Source: Candidatus Poribacteria bacterium (GTDB taxonomy: Bacteria > Poribacteria > WGA-4E > PCPOR2b). From it: DNA of 64,000 bases. The stretch's first letter is position 1. Every line of letters begins with the position of its first letter. The position numbers and the translations under genes are program-made. The notes below the pieces were generated by a model. The model did no database searches. It was given only the letters and a program-made list of their open reading frames with translations, and had not been told where the DNA came from. This document shows, in pieces, positions 49,066-59,398 of the stretch. The stretch covers positions 352,001-416,000 of the forward strand of contig OZ244042.1 in NCBI GenBank assembly GCA_965215015.1, written 5' to 3'.

Positions 49066-49794
49066 TCATTTGCCTTTTATCTCTTCCCACTTTTCTTCAT
49101 CTTCATCCTGAGAAACTTTTTTCTCATCATCGTCATTGTTCCGGCCTCTGCCACCACGACGGCCACCCCCTTCACGTTGGCGTCGAATTGCCTCTAGCTT
49201 CCGACGCCGTTCATCCGGTGAGGCGGTGCGTAACCACTCGCGCAACGAATCGCGGTCCCGATTTCCCCCACGCCTTTCGGCTCTTTGAGCCCGGCGTTCA
49301 TTATCAGAACCTTCTGTGGAAGCTGCAGCGCCCCCGCGTTGACCCGAGTTGTCCCCTGAACGACTTGAACCACTCAGAAACTGCATTGATTCCGCTTTGA
49401 GTGTTACGATGCTATTTGAGGCTTTGAGACTCACTTGATTCGCTTCGATATTTTCGATAATTGCGTTCCCAACCTTCTCACCCTTGGCTACATAGTAGAG
49501 TTGGCTAGATTTTCGTTCCATCACGAGGGCTTTTGCAACTGTCCCTTGGGTGCCAATCCATGTGGCAACCAATGCGTATTCCGGATCTCGGTTTGGCCTC
49601 TGCCAACCCAACGGGCGGAATAGGTTGTTTTCAACGATAACGCGATAGAAATTGCTAACACTTTCCCGTTCGTTAGCTTCCTTCCGATTCACGCGCTTTT
49701 CATCCTTTTCATCCTCTGCATATACAAGATGCGAGCCGAGGCACAACACGCTCATAGCACAATACATCAATAAAGCAGTGCACTGACGGTGCAT
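49066..49794 (-). CDS. Exported protein with GspC/PilP-like HR domain and low-complexity charged tail
   Basis: NLFRPLG...LVAT...AL...YYVAKGEKVGNAIIENIEANQVSL. Confidence 0.55.
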   Translation of the reverse strand: MHRQCTALLMYCAMSVLCLGSHLVYAEDEKDEKRVNRKEANERESVSNFYRVIVENNLFRPLGWQRPNRDPEYALVATWIGTQGTVAKALVMERKSSQLYYVAKGEKVGNAIIENIEANQVSLKASNSIVTLKAESMQFLSGSSRSGDNSGQRGGAAASTEGSDNERRAQRAERRGGNRDRDSLREWLRTASPDERRRKLEAIRRQREGGGRRGGRGRNNDDDEKKVSQDEDEEKWEEIKGK

Positions 49795-50000
49795 TTGAAT
49801 CTCCTCTCTGGTAATTGGGTCACCACACCTTACCTTTGCAACTGAATAGACATTTGTAGTGCCGATTTCAATCGTTGTTGGACGATACGGCAGACACTAA
49901 AAGCTTGTCCTTGAGTGAGGGGCGGGCCACTACAAACGCGAACTTCAAAATTAGGCAAGTTGACTTTGGTGAATTAAAAAGGTAAAATTTACCTTAATCC

Positions 50001-50032
50001 TTAGACGCTGAACCCCTTAGACGCTGAACCCC
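50001..50032. repeat. 16-bp perfect tandem duplication
   Basis: TTAGACGCTGAACCCC x2, next to the palindrome AAGGTAAAATTTACCTT (49979-49995). Confidence 0.85.
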
Positions 50033-50340
50033 ATCTTTTTGTTCAGAAAAATTTTTGTACTTGCTTTTTTTAAAGCTGCCAATTTCATAGGATTTTGAGA
50101 AGATATTGACACGGCTCCACCCAACCGATACTACAACTAGAGCGTAGTTCCAATCTAACACAGCAAGGACTCAGGTTCGACGCCTAAACAGAATTGGCAG
50201 CCTATATTCGGCAAATAAACCCCAACTGATTTTATGACGTCACAAAACCAGAATTGTAAAGTCTGTTGGAATGAGACGGTGGCAAAATTGAATGCCCTCA
50301 ATTTTGCTTCTCCAAACGACCAACATACAAGGAAATAACA

Positions 50341-51021
50341 ATGCAAATCAATTTTCAGGAAGTAATAGATCTCTCTTACACAGTTGATGAGAACAGCCCG
50401 CGTGAGCTTCCGATTGACCCTGTCAAAATCTACGATACAGCAACAATCGAAAAGGATGGCTACTTTGAAAGCCGGGTCGATTTATCCGGGCATTGTGCTA
50501 CGCATATTGACGCACCTTGCCTGATGTACGCCGATGGATTCACCGTCGCTGAGATTCCGCAGGACAAATTAACCGGGCCCGCCGTGCTGATAGATTTATC
50601 AGATGTCAAGCAGCCGGGCGAGGCCGTGACGCCGGAAGACATCGAAAAGTGGATTGCCGAAAATGGCGATATTCCTCCAGACAGCATCGTTTTTATGCGG
50701 ACCGGCATGGATCGGTATGCGTACCAAGATAGTTTCAATCGGCAATGGATTGGTTTCAGCGAAGACGCAGCGAGGCTGCTCGTTCAGAAAGGCATCAAGA
50801 CAATTGGGACCGACGCCTGCAGCATCGACTCAATGGCTGGACACCCCCCACAGCACGATGGATTGCCACCCGCCCATCTCGTTTTCCTTGGTACTGGCAT
50901 TCCGCAGGTGGAAGATCTCTGTAATCTGAGCCAACTGCCGACGCACTTTCACGTAGCGATTGCACCGATGAAATTAGCACGGAGTTCCGGTGCCCCGACG
51001 CGCGTCTTTGCATTTGTATGA
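50341..51021 (+). CDS. Cyclase family protein (kynurenine formamidase-like)
   Basis: IDLSY, HCATHIDAP, RTG, IGTDACSID, VEDLCNL, GAPTRVFA. Confidence 0.85.
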   Translation: MQINFQEVIDLSYTVDENSPRELPIDPVKIYDTATIEKDGYFESRVDLSGHCATHIDAPCLMYADGFTVAEIPQDKLTGPAVLIDLSDVKQPGEAVTPEDIEKWIAENGDIPPDSIVFMRTGMDRYAYQDSFNRQWIGFSEDAARLLVQKGIKTIGTDACSIDSMAGHPPQHDGLPPAHLVFLGTGIPQVEDLCNLSQLPTHFHVAIAPMKLARSSGAPTRVFAFV

Positions 51022-51057
51022 GTGTAACTGTTCACCTGAAACGGGTAAAGTAGACAC

Positions 51058-51915
51058 ATGAAAACTCAGACAGGCAGCGTTGGGTTGGAAGAAGCAGATC
51101 GGCAGACATACCGCGATCAAGGTTTTTGGATTGGTCCCCAGTTATTTGACGCTACAGCGGTGGAGGAGCTGCGCGATGCGGTCTATCGTACCATCCGCGG
51201 TGAACGAGATTTCGATTCAATGCACTGGGGACAGCCACCGAAATTTGATTCGCAGAGTCCGAGATTGGTACATGTGGTCAACGGTTGGTGGGTGAATGCC
51301 AAAATCCGCGAATTGATCCGTTCCAACGAGATCGGTTACCTTGCTTCCCAACTGATGGAGACGGGGGAGGTCCGTTTGGTGCACGACCAAATCCTCTACA
51401 AACCGGGGATCGGTTCCGAGCGGGGGAAAGTTCCGGATGGTAACGTTGGGTGGCATCAGGATGCCGCTCACTGGACCATGTTCAACTCGACCACCTTCTG
51501 CACAGCTTGGGTTGCCCTACAGGACACCGACCTTTCCAATGGAAGCATGTGTTTTGTTGAAGGGTCACATAAATGGGGACGGATCAAAGACGCCGCCGGT
51601 TTTGCGAATAAGGAGCTACACGCTCTAGCAAAAAGGTTTTCTCAAGGTGACCGGCGGTGGGTGGAAAAACCGTGCGTTCTCAAGGCGGGTCAGGTTAGCT
51701 TCCACACGGGCCTGACCTTTCACGGTTCGGGTCCCAATCGGACGGAGGCACCGCGTCTCTCGATTGCGCTCAACATGATGCCCGGCGGAACAACTTATAA
51801 CAAGCATGGTAGAGATAATCTGATTGGTGCCCAACTCGGACCCTATGTGAAGCACGGGGACCCATGCACAGATCCCTTCTTCCCAAGAATTTGGCCTCCG
51901 AACCGTGCAGATTGA
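51058..51915 (+). CDS. PhyH-family dioxygenase
   Basis: GWHQDAAHW, TAWVAL, NGSMCFVEGSHKW, FHGSGPN...PR. Confidence 0.9.
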   Translation: MKTQTGSVGLEEADRQTYRDQGFWIGPQLFDATAVEELRDAVYRTIRGERDFDSMHWGQPPKFDSQSPRLVHVVNGWWVNAKIRELIRSNEIGYLASQLMETGEVRLVHDQILYKPGIGSERGKVPDGNVGWHQDAAHWTMFNSTTFCTAWVALQDTDLSNGSMCFVEGSHKWGRIKDAAGFANKELHALAKRFSQGDRRWVEKPCVLKAGQVSFHTGLTFHGSGPNRTEAPRLSIALNMMPGGTTYNKHGRDNLIGAQLGPYVKHGDPCTDPFFPRIWPPNRAD

Positions 51916-52197
51916 TTGACCTTGGGGGCTAGTTGATGCTGTTAGGATTTACGCAGTTGAACGTTCAAACCCTCGTAGTTCGGTGATGAGTTCCCAACAT
52001 CGGAAGGAGAGCACTGCAAAAGGCCAAGAGTTGTTTTAAAAAATCGATATTCGGAGATTGTTCCTACCTCAACCGTTACCCTCGTCATGATGTACACATT
52101 AGCAAGCACATATACCGCGTATTTTACAGTGCACCTATCGCGGACCTTCCCTCCCAACGTCGTAAGTTTGACGGGCTTTTAGAAACTGTAGCCGATC

Positions 52198-53088
52198 CTA
52201 CTGAATCAATTCCGCTTTTATCCCATCAAGCGGTATATCGAGCAAATCTTCTCCAAAGATAATATGACCCTCAAAAATCTGCCCGGCCTCATACAACAAA
52301 CGTTCACGTATCCCAGGGCGTGAAACCTGCTCCGTTAGGTGAACCAGAACCAGCACGCTGACTTGGGTATCACGCGCTGTGCGCGCCGCGTCCAGATGCC
52401 CCGAACAACAACCCGTCAATCTGGAATCTGTGACAACCCCATTTATAAAGTGACACATGTGCACCAGCACATCAGCACCCGCTGCGAGTTCGGTGAGTTT
52501 CGCTGTTGGTGCCGTATCACCACCAAAGACGATGGAACGTTCATGTGTCTCCAAGCGGTAGGCAAGACAGGTGAGTTGAGGTTGGCAGTGGATAACCTCT
52601 GCGGCTTTTATACGCCAATCCGTACACTCCACTACGGTGCCGTCAGCGACCTCAGTCACCGTTGGGCGTGGTCGCTCGCGTGGCAATACGCCGCCCCGCT
52701 TTTCATAGATGAAATGGCTGCCGGGATGTTCAGTTCTTGCTGCCAGATCCGGTCCGAAGACACCGCGTGCGTCGAAGAGCAGTTGGGTCATCCTTTCTGT
52801 GTTCGGAGGGCCATACACACTTAGCTCTGGAATTTTGCCGCCACCCTGGTCCCAGCGCGACAACACCAGATAGCCATAGTCGACACAGTGGTCGTAATGT
52901 AGATGGGTTAAAAATAAGTGCGCGATACGGGTTGGTGGGACGCCTTTTTCCAGTAGCCGTCGCACACAACCCGGGCCGCAATCAAAGAGAAACATCTCCT
53001 CACCGAGGGAGACCAAGTAACTGGAACCCGCACGATGGAGGAGGGGCGTTGGCGTACCGGTTCCGAGAAGGGTCAAACGGATTGACAT
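52198..53088 (-). CDS. MBL-fold hydrolase, RNase Z/AtsA-like
   Basis: LTLLGTGTP, FDCGPG, FLTHLHYDH, GGDT, ADVLVH, LVLVH. Confidence 0.85.
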   Translation of the reverse strand: MSIRLTLLGTGTPTPLLHRAGSSYLVSLGEEMFLFDCGPGCVRRLLEKGVPPTRIAHLFLTHLHYDHCVDYGYLVLSRWDQGGGKIPELSVYGPPNTERMTQLLFDARGVFGPDLAARTEHPGSHFIYEKRGGVLPRERPRPTVTEVADGTVVECTDWRIKAAEVIHCQPQLTCLAYRLETHERSIVFGGDTAPTAKLTELAAGADVLVHMCHFINGVVTDSRLTGCCSGHLDAARTARDTQVSVLVLVHLTEQVSRPGIRERLLYEAGQIFEGHIIFGEDLLDIPLDGIKAELIQ

Positions 53089-53230
53089 GGGGAGTTACTC
53101 CTCCGAATCAGGGGTATTTGTATCATTTGCTGAACGGTTAAATGCTTCACAACCGGTGAATACCATTGCTCTTGATGTTACCATGTTCTATTCTGAGCTT
53201 CAACCGCTTTTTTTCAATTAGGAGAGATTT

Positions 53231-54376
53231 ATGATTACCATCACTCGGCTTTCATCACCCCCTAAACATCACTTCTATGGGTACTATGGCATTGAAGCAT
53301 GGGATCCATCACTCCGATACCATCTGTCGCTCGAAACGAATTTCCACGAACATCGACCGGCTGTTGAGGATGTCGCATTGGTGGGAGTGATTGACAGAGA
53401 AACCCGGGCGTTTATTCCATACGCATCCACCAACGCCTTCAATCTACAGCAGGGAAGTATGATGCACTGGATTGATGTAGGTTTTGGGGACGAATTCACG
53501 TTTAACGATTGGGAAAACGAGGAGTTGGTTTCGAGGGCAATTAACCTCCAGACGAGAGAAGCCCGAACCATTCATGGTGCGATTGCTGCGCTCTCACCGA
53601 CTCAACCGGTTGCAATTGGATTGAATTTTGCCCGTATGGCGCACTGCCGCGCTGTTGTTGGATATGCAAACGAGATGAATTCAGACAGTTTGCAGCCGTA
53701 TCCAGCAGACGATGGTTTATTCCTGCTGGATTTAAGAGATGGGAACTCAAATCTGATTTTATCCATCGCTGATGTCATTAGAAAAAGTCAAGATACAAAC
53801 ATACCAGACGGATTGGCTTGGTTTAATCATGTCCTCTTTAACACTGATGGGACGCGTGTTCTGTTTTTCTGCCGTATCAGACACAGGGATGGTTTTTTGT
53901 CATCGCTCTGGACGGTGAAGCCTGATGGTTCAAATCTAGCCTGTCAAATTCCATTTGGAAATAAAGTTTCCCACTTTTATTGGCGGAACAAACGCAGCAT
54001 CTTAATCTCCAGTGACGTAACAGGGAAGATGCAGTTTTTGGAATTTACGGATGGCAAGGGAGATTTTAAGCCGTTCGGAGCGGGGATCCTTCCGCAGGAC
54101 AGTCATGCGAGTTTTTCACCGGATAGAAATTGGGTTGTATGTGACACTTACCCGAAAAACCCACAACGTCTCGCAGAACTAATGCTTTATGACATCAAAC
54201 GAGAAAAAAAGATTGTACTGGGGCAGTTTTATTCAGAAGAGATTTTCACAGGAGACATTCGATGTGACTTACATCCACGCTGGTCGTCTGATGGTAGGTT
54301 GATAACGTTCGATTCGGTGCATGAAGGCTCGCGACAGATCTATCTGGTGAATGTAGAGGAGATTATATCGAATTGA
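53231..54376 (+). CDS. Beta-propeller protein (oligogalacturonate lyase/TolB-like)
   Basis: HHFYGYY, FNLQQG, WFNH, SHASFSPD, CDTYP, RCDLHPRWS. Confidence 0.65.
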   Translation: MITITRLSSPPKHHFYGYYGIEAWDPSLRYHLSLETNFHEHRPAVEDVALVGVIDRETRAFIPYASTNAFNLQQGSMMHWIDVGFGDEFTFNDWENEELVSRAINLQTREARTIHGAIAALSPTQPVAIGLNFARMAHCRAVVGYANEMNSDSLQPYPADDGLFLLDLRDGNSNLILSIADVIRKSQDTNIPDGLAWFNHVLFNTDGTRVLFFCRIRHRDGFLSSLWTVKPDGSNLACQIPFGNKVSHFYWRNKRSILISSDVTGKMQFLEFTDGKGDFKPFGAGILPQDSHASFSPDRNWVVCDTYPKNPQRLAELMLYDIKREKKIVLGQFYSEEIFTGDIRCDLHPRWSSDGRLITFDSVHEGSRQIYLVNVEEIISN

Positions 54377-54459
54377 GGACATGCCTCACTAAACAACCGG
54401 ATGAGGAGTTACGCACTTGAGTGTGTAGTAACGTCATTCAGCCCGCGCATCGTTTTTTG

Positions 54460-54487
54460 TTGACACTTTCTGCTACGTGGTTATAAT
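54460..54487 (+). promoter_or_regulatory. Sigma70 promoter
   Basis: TTGACA-16 bp-TATAAT upstream of the Nramp-like gene. Confidence 0.6.
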
Positions 54488-54686
54488 GTTGGCACGTCCA
54501 ATTCGTCAAGCAAGAAACTTTATCACTATAGCGAATTGGCTTAAAACTGGGTCGGCCCGCAATCTAACAGATTGTATTGAAGAAACAAGACCCGTGCGCC
54601 GATAAGAAGCGGTTCATTAATTTCACTGGGATACCGGAGGAAATTTATCCGGACTATTTTTTTGCCCTAACGAGCTAGGAAAAACT

Positions 54687-56183
54687 ATGGAGGAAAAACA
54701 AACAATTGATGAAAATCAGGAGGAAATAGGCACCGTCCAAATTCCACCTCCTACTGGGGTTTTTACTCAACCCTGGTCGATCCGGAAACTACGCGGTTTA
54801 CTTGCGGTCTTTGGGCCCGCCGCGATTGTGGCATCGGTCAGCATCGGTGCTGGCGAAACAATTGTCGTCGTTCGTACAGGGGCTTGGGCTAGCTATGATC
54901 TCATGTGGCTCGTGCTTTTAAGCTGCGTTGTTAAAGGCGTTTTTCTTACCTACCTGCTCGGACGTTACACCGCTGTCAGTGGTGAATATCTTGGACATCG
55001 TCTGGTGCGGCTGCCCGGACCACGCGGCTGGTTGTTGCTTATGATTATGATGGCCGAATTAATCGGCGGTCCAATGGCTTGGGTGCCGATTGCGAAACCG
55101 TGTGCGGATCTATTTCATTTTTTACTTAACGGATTTCCCGAATCCATCCCTGAACCGATTTGGGAAAACATCTTCACCTCTGCCTTCATTGGCCTTGCTT
55201 TGCTACTCAGCCTGAAGCTTTCATATAACAGATTGGAGAAGCAGCAAATCATCATCTGCTTAATCCTTGTTACTGGAACAATTATCGGAACCCTGATGGT
55301 GCGTCCAAATCTCTGGGAGTCCTTCATCGGAAGTGTAAATGTTGGACACTTGCCATCGTTTCCGGAGTGGACACCTGAAGATGCGCGTCAGAATCCGCTG
55401 TTGACGATGGCGACAACGTTTGCTTACGTTGGTGGCGGGGCGATGGGTTACATCGTCTACGCCAACTGGATTGGACTGCACCGCTGGGGATTGACAGGGC
55501 ATCAAAATATTAACGCCATCCGCGCCTACGCTTTCAAGCACGATGCGATTGACTACCTGCCCAACGCACCTGAACAGGTCAGCCGATTACGACAACTGGT
55601 CGCACCGTTACGGTGGGATGCCGGCATGGGTGCAACGGTTCTGTTCATTGTAACGGGGGCATTTATGATATCTGGTGCCGCTGTTTTGTATCCGCTGCAA
55701 AGCCGATTTGAAGGATGGGGCTTACTCACCGAGCAAGCTCATGTTTGGAGTAATATCCACCCTTCGTTGGTCTGGGTCTACTACGTTTGTATCATCGCCG
55801 CACTTTGGGGAACGCTACAAGCCGTACCCGAAATCCTTACCCGTGTGTCGCAGGAATTTTTAGAGGCACTGTGGCCATCTCGCGAATGGCCTTACTTTAA
55901 AGTCCAGCGTTTCATCTGTTCCTATTTTTTTATTACTACCTTTATTATCATTTGGTACGATATAAAGTTTGATATTCTTACACAAATTGCGGGCGGCTTA
56001 GGAAACTTCACAGTTTCATTTATGATGGTTCTTGCGTTGTACTTAAACTCCAAACTCCCCCGCCCCTATCGGACGAACCGTGTGATGTTGATCGGCGGAA
56101 CTATATCTGCGCTGATTCAGATCGCTTTTGCAGGGGTTGGTACTTGGAGCTTAGGCGGTAAACTCTTCGGTGGTGGACAGTAG
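54687..56183 (+). CDS. Nramp-superfamily (YcsG-like) transporter
   Basis: FGPAAIVASVSIGAGE, GRYTAVSGE, about 11 hydrophobic segments. Confidence 0.75.
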   Translation: MEEKQTIDENQEEIGTVQIPPPTGVFTQPWSIRKLRGLLAVFGPAAIVASVSIGAGETIVVVRTGAWASYDLMWLVLLSCVVKGVFLTYLLGRYTAVSGEYLGHRLVRLPGPRGWLLLMIMMAELIGGPMAWVPIAKPCADLFHFLLNGFPESIPEPIWENIFTSAFIGLALLLSLKLSYNRLEKQQIIICLILVTGTIIGTLMVRPNLWESFIGSVNVGHLPSFPEWTPEDARQNPLLTMATTFAYVGGGAMGYIVYANWIGLHRWGLTGHQNINAIRAYAFKHDAIDYLPNAPEQVSRLRQLVAPLRWDAGMGATVLFIVTGAFMISGAAVLYPLQSRFEGWGLLTEQAHVWSNIHPSLVWVYYVCIIAALWGTLQAVPEILTRVSQEFLEALWPSREWPYFKVQRFICSYFFITTFIIIWYDIKFDILTQIAGGLGNFTVSFMMVLALYLNSKLPRPYRTNRVMLIGGTISALIQIAFAGVGTWSLGGKLFGGGQ

Positions 56184-56320
56184 TACGCTGTCAAATCCAT
56201 GACGACTCTGACCAAGTTAGGGCACCGACTCTCAACGATGTGCCGTGGACGCGCTAATCCACGGCGAGCAGCCTTTCAAGGGCTATGAACAGGTCCCTAT
56301 AGGATAATCCTCAACGTTTA

Positions 56321-57601
56321 ATGGCAAATATTTCACGACTGGCGATGCGTGGGGGGCACTCCTTGCGTACTTTCGAGGCTTTCGGCAATCGAAGCTACCG
56401 GTTGCTTTGGCCTGCGAACTTCCTCGCCTACATCTGCCGGTGGATGCAGCTGACGCTGCTTGGCTGGCTGGTTTTGGAGTTGACCGACTCACCATTTTTG
56501 GTGGCTCTGGTCGGTTTCTTCGGGATGCTGCCGCTGCTGATACTTGGCATGGTAGGCGGTGTATTGGCTGACAGGGTAAATAAGCACCGAGTCCTCATCA
56601 TGACGCAGGTAGTAAGCTGCGTTGCTGCCTTTGCAATGGTACTGCTGCTCAAGACAGGAGCAATACGGTTCTGGCACGCCTACGTCGTGATGGGGTGCAC
56701 CGGCATCGGATGGGCACTGGATATGCCATCTCGGCGTTCAGCCATACACGACCTTGTGGGCAGAGCAAAAGTGACCAACGCTATCGCGATGGACTCAGTG
56801 GGTATGCAGGGAAGCCGCATGATCGGTCCGGCGTTGGCGGGTGCGCTGATAACGACGGTTGACATGGTGGGAGGATACATCGTTGTCAGTGCAATCTACG
56901 TTGTAGCGATCGTCCTAATCTCAGCGGTAAGCCTGCCGCCCGCCGACCGGAGTCGTCTTGGGTTGTCCAACGTCTTTGGTAACTTGGCGGCGGGTTTCCA
57001 GTACGTAAGGCGCGACAATCCACTAGTAGCAACGGTGCTTGTCACCGTCCTGATGAATTTGTTGCTCTTTCCCTACGCGCAGATGATTCCGGTTATCGCT
57101 CGCGATGTCCTTTCGATTGGACCAGGGCTGATGGGCACCCTCCTCGGTGCTGAGGGGTTAGGCGCGCTTTTTGGCGCGATCACTGTTGCTTCGATAGGGG
57201 CTATCCGCTTCCATGGACGGTTGTATATCGGTGGGTCAATGCTTGGGTTAATTATGCTCTTATGTTTCTCGATGGTGCGGTGGTACTACCTTGCCCTTCC
57301 GGTTCTATTCGTTCTGGGGTTCGGGACATCCGGTTTCTCAACAATGCAATCAACCCTTGTGATGCTGCGAGCGAGGGAGGAGATGCGGGGACGGGCACTA
57401 GGCGTCATTAGCCTCGCTATCGGTGCCGGTCCGCTGGGGGCACTTATGATTGGCACTATCGCATCAATGAGCAGCACACCGTTTGCCATCGGAGTTGACG
57501 CGGTATTGGGAATTGTGTTGCTTTCTGCTGTAGCACTATTGATGCCGTCACTATGGCGACAACCAATGGCTTCAGACGAGCAGGCTCCCAAGGTTGATTG
57601 A
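56321..57601 (+). CDS. MFS transporter (MFS_3/EntS-like)
   Basis: WLVLELTDSPFLVALV, GGVLADRV, EMRGRALG; 12 TM segments. Confidence 0.9.
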   Translation: MANISRLAMRGGHSLRTFEAFGNRSYRLLWPANFLAYICRWMQLTLLGWLVLELTDSPFLVALVGFFGMLPLLILGMVGGVLADRVNKHRVLIMTQVVSCVAAFAMVLLLKTGAIRFWHAYVVMGCTGIGWALDMPSRRSAIHDLVGRAKVTNAIAMDSVGMQGSRMIGPALAGALITTVDMVGGYIVVSAIYVVAIVLISAVSLPPADRSRLGLSNVFGNLAAGFQYVRRDNPLVATVLVTVLMNLLLFPYAQMIPVIARDVLSIGPGLMGTLLGAEGLGALFGAITVASIGAIRFHGRLYIGGSMLGLIMLLCFSMVRWYYLALPVLFVLGFGTSGFSTMQSTLVMLRAREEMRGRALGVISLAIGAGPLGALMIGTIASMSSTPFAIGVDAVLGIVLLSAVALLMPSLWRQPMASDEQAPKVD

Positions 57602-57619
57602 TAACACAATCCGGGATTA

Positions 57620-59275
57620 CTACGAGAAGGGACGCCTGTATGAAAAGGTGGTTTCTTCGCTGGTAATAAATTCGAGTAGTGCTGCTTGTCCATCCTCGGT
57701 GGCTTCCCGAGCGCGCAGGATTGCCGGACCGACATCTACAGGGGCCTCTATCCGCTCCGCCCATCCGCCCATAGCTAGTGCCATATCAGCATAGTTTCCG
57801 CTAATGTCCCGCGTCCCGTATAGTTCATGGGATCTCGCCATGTGTGTTGTCTCTATAGCCATGGTGGAGTTGTTCAGCACTATAGTGAGAATCGGTATAT
57901 TATTTCGGGTAGCTGTCTCGAAGTCCAACCCCGTCATCCCGAATGCAGCATCACCCATGAAGTTAACCACGAATTTGTCGGGCGCGGCGAGTTTCGCCCC
58001 AATGTTGAGTCCAAGTCCGGTTCCAAGGCCGTGCGACTTACCCCAACCTAAGTAAGTTCGGGGACCTCCCGATTGATAGAACGGCATAAGTTGGTCGCGG
58101 GGACTTCCAGAGTCATGGGTGACGATGGCTTCCGCCGCATTCACATTGTTCATGAACTCCCAGATGACGCGGTAGGGGGTGATCGGAACCTCGTCCGATG
58201 TGAGTTTGGGGATCCACTCCTTTAACCACGCTTGCCTAATAGATACGATATCTTCCATAACTTTACTATCGTCTTGGTTAGTGCTTGGGCTTTGGAGGTC
58301 TTTGCAAACCTCTATGAACTGCTGTAGCACCCGCTTGGCGTCCCCGAGGACGGGATAGTCAATGTAGTAGTCTTTATCTATATCTATCGGGTCATTTGTT
58401 GCGTGGATAAAGACCTTACCCGAAGGAATGGTCGTGGTCATGCCGTGCTTTGTGAAGGAAGTACCGACCCCGAATACCACATCGGCCCGACTCAGGAAGT
58501 GATAAACGCAGCCGTTCATAACGCTTGAGCCACTTCCCAGAGCCAACGGGTGCTTTTCGGGAAAGGCACTTTTGCCCGCCAGCGTCGTCATGACGGGCAC
58601 CTGTAGCAGCTCCGCTAGCTCTACCAACTCCTCAGTGGCGTCCGCATATAGCACTCCCTGTCCGGCATGGATGATGGGGGCTTTTGCATTGAGCAGCACA
58701 TTGGCTGCAGAAAGAACATCTTGAGAGTCAGCTTTTGAAAGCGCGGCTTTGACGGGCTTATAACTTTCAGGGATCGAGGCAGCCACCTCTGCATCCGCGA
58801 TGTCGGTAGGGATCTCAACCATGACGGGCCCCGGGCGCCCCATCTTGAGCCTAGCGAATGCACGGCGCATTGTCTCGCCAATTTGCGAAGCGGTGCTGAT
58901 CTGCTCGACGGACTTGGTGACGTCTGAAAAGCTGCGCACCGAGCTAAAAAGAGGAAATACGCCATCACGCGCTCTAGGATGGCCCAACGGGAGCAATAAC
59001 ATGGGCACAGCGTCTGAGTAGGCGGTGGCGACGCCTGCGAAGGCATTTTCGGCACCAGGGCCGTTCTGCATGGCAAACACACCCGGCGGGTTGCCGTTAG
59101 TAACCCGCGCGTAGCCGTCCGCGATACCGACCCCAACCCGTTCCTGACGACAGATGATTGGTCGTATACCAACCTCGGCAGCAGACTCAATCAGAGCGGT
59201 TGTGGGGTAGGCACTTAGATACGCAACGCCCTCCTTTTTAAGGATATGCACTATGGCGTCAAGGACTTTCACCAA
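57620..59275 (-). CDS. Thiamine diphosphate-dependent enzyme (acetolactate synthase-like)
   Basis: CRQERVGVGIADGYAR, GPG, GRPGPV.VEIP.D, MGDAAFG...LNN. Confidence 0.9.
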   Translation of the reverse strand: MVKVLDAIVHILKKEGVAYLSAYPTTALIESAAEVGIRPIICRQERVGVGIADGYARVTNGNPPGVFAMQNGPGAENAFAGVATAYSDAVPMLLLPLGHPRARDGVFPLFSSVRSFSDVTKSVEQISTASQIGETMRRAFARLKMGRPGPVMVEIPTDIADAEVAASIPESYKPVKAALSKADSQDVLSAANVLLNAKAPIIHAGQGVLYADATEELVELAELLQVPVMTTLAGKSAFPEKHPLALGSGSSVMNGCVYHFLSRADVVFGVGTSFTKHGMTTTIPSGKVFIHATNDPIDIDKDYYIDYPVLGDAKRVLQQFIEVCKDLQSPSTNQDDSKVMEDIVSIRQAWLKEWIPKLTSDEVPITPYRVIWEFMNNVNAAEAIVTHDSGSPRDQLMPFYQSGGPRTYLGWGKSHGLGTGLGLNIGAKLAAPDKFVVNFMGDAAFGMTGLDFETATRNNIPILTIVLNNSTMAIETTHMARSHELYGTRDISGNYADMALAMGGWAERIEAPVDVGPAILRAREATEDGQAALLEFITSEETTFSYRRPFS

Positions 59276-59398
59276 CCATCCTCCCTGAGCATCTTGGCAC
59301 TCAGTTGTGAGGGAAAGCGAGGCCGTGAGGGGCGGAGATTCTTTTCTGGCTTCCCCGCTCCCTCGCCCCCTTACACTCTTACTCTCATGTACTTATGC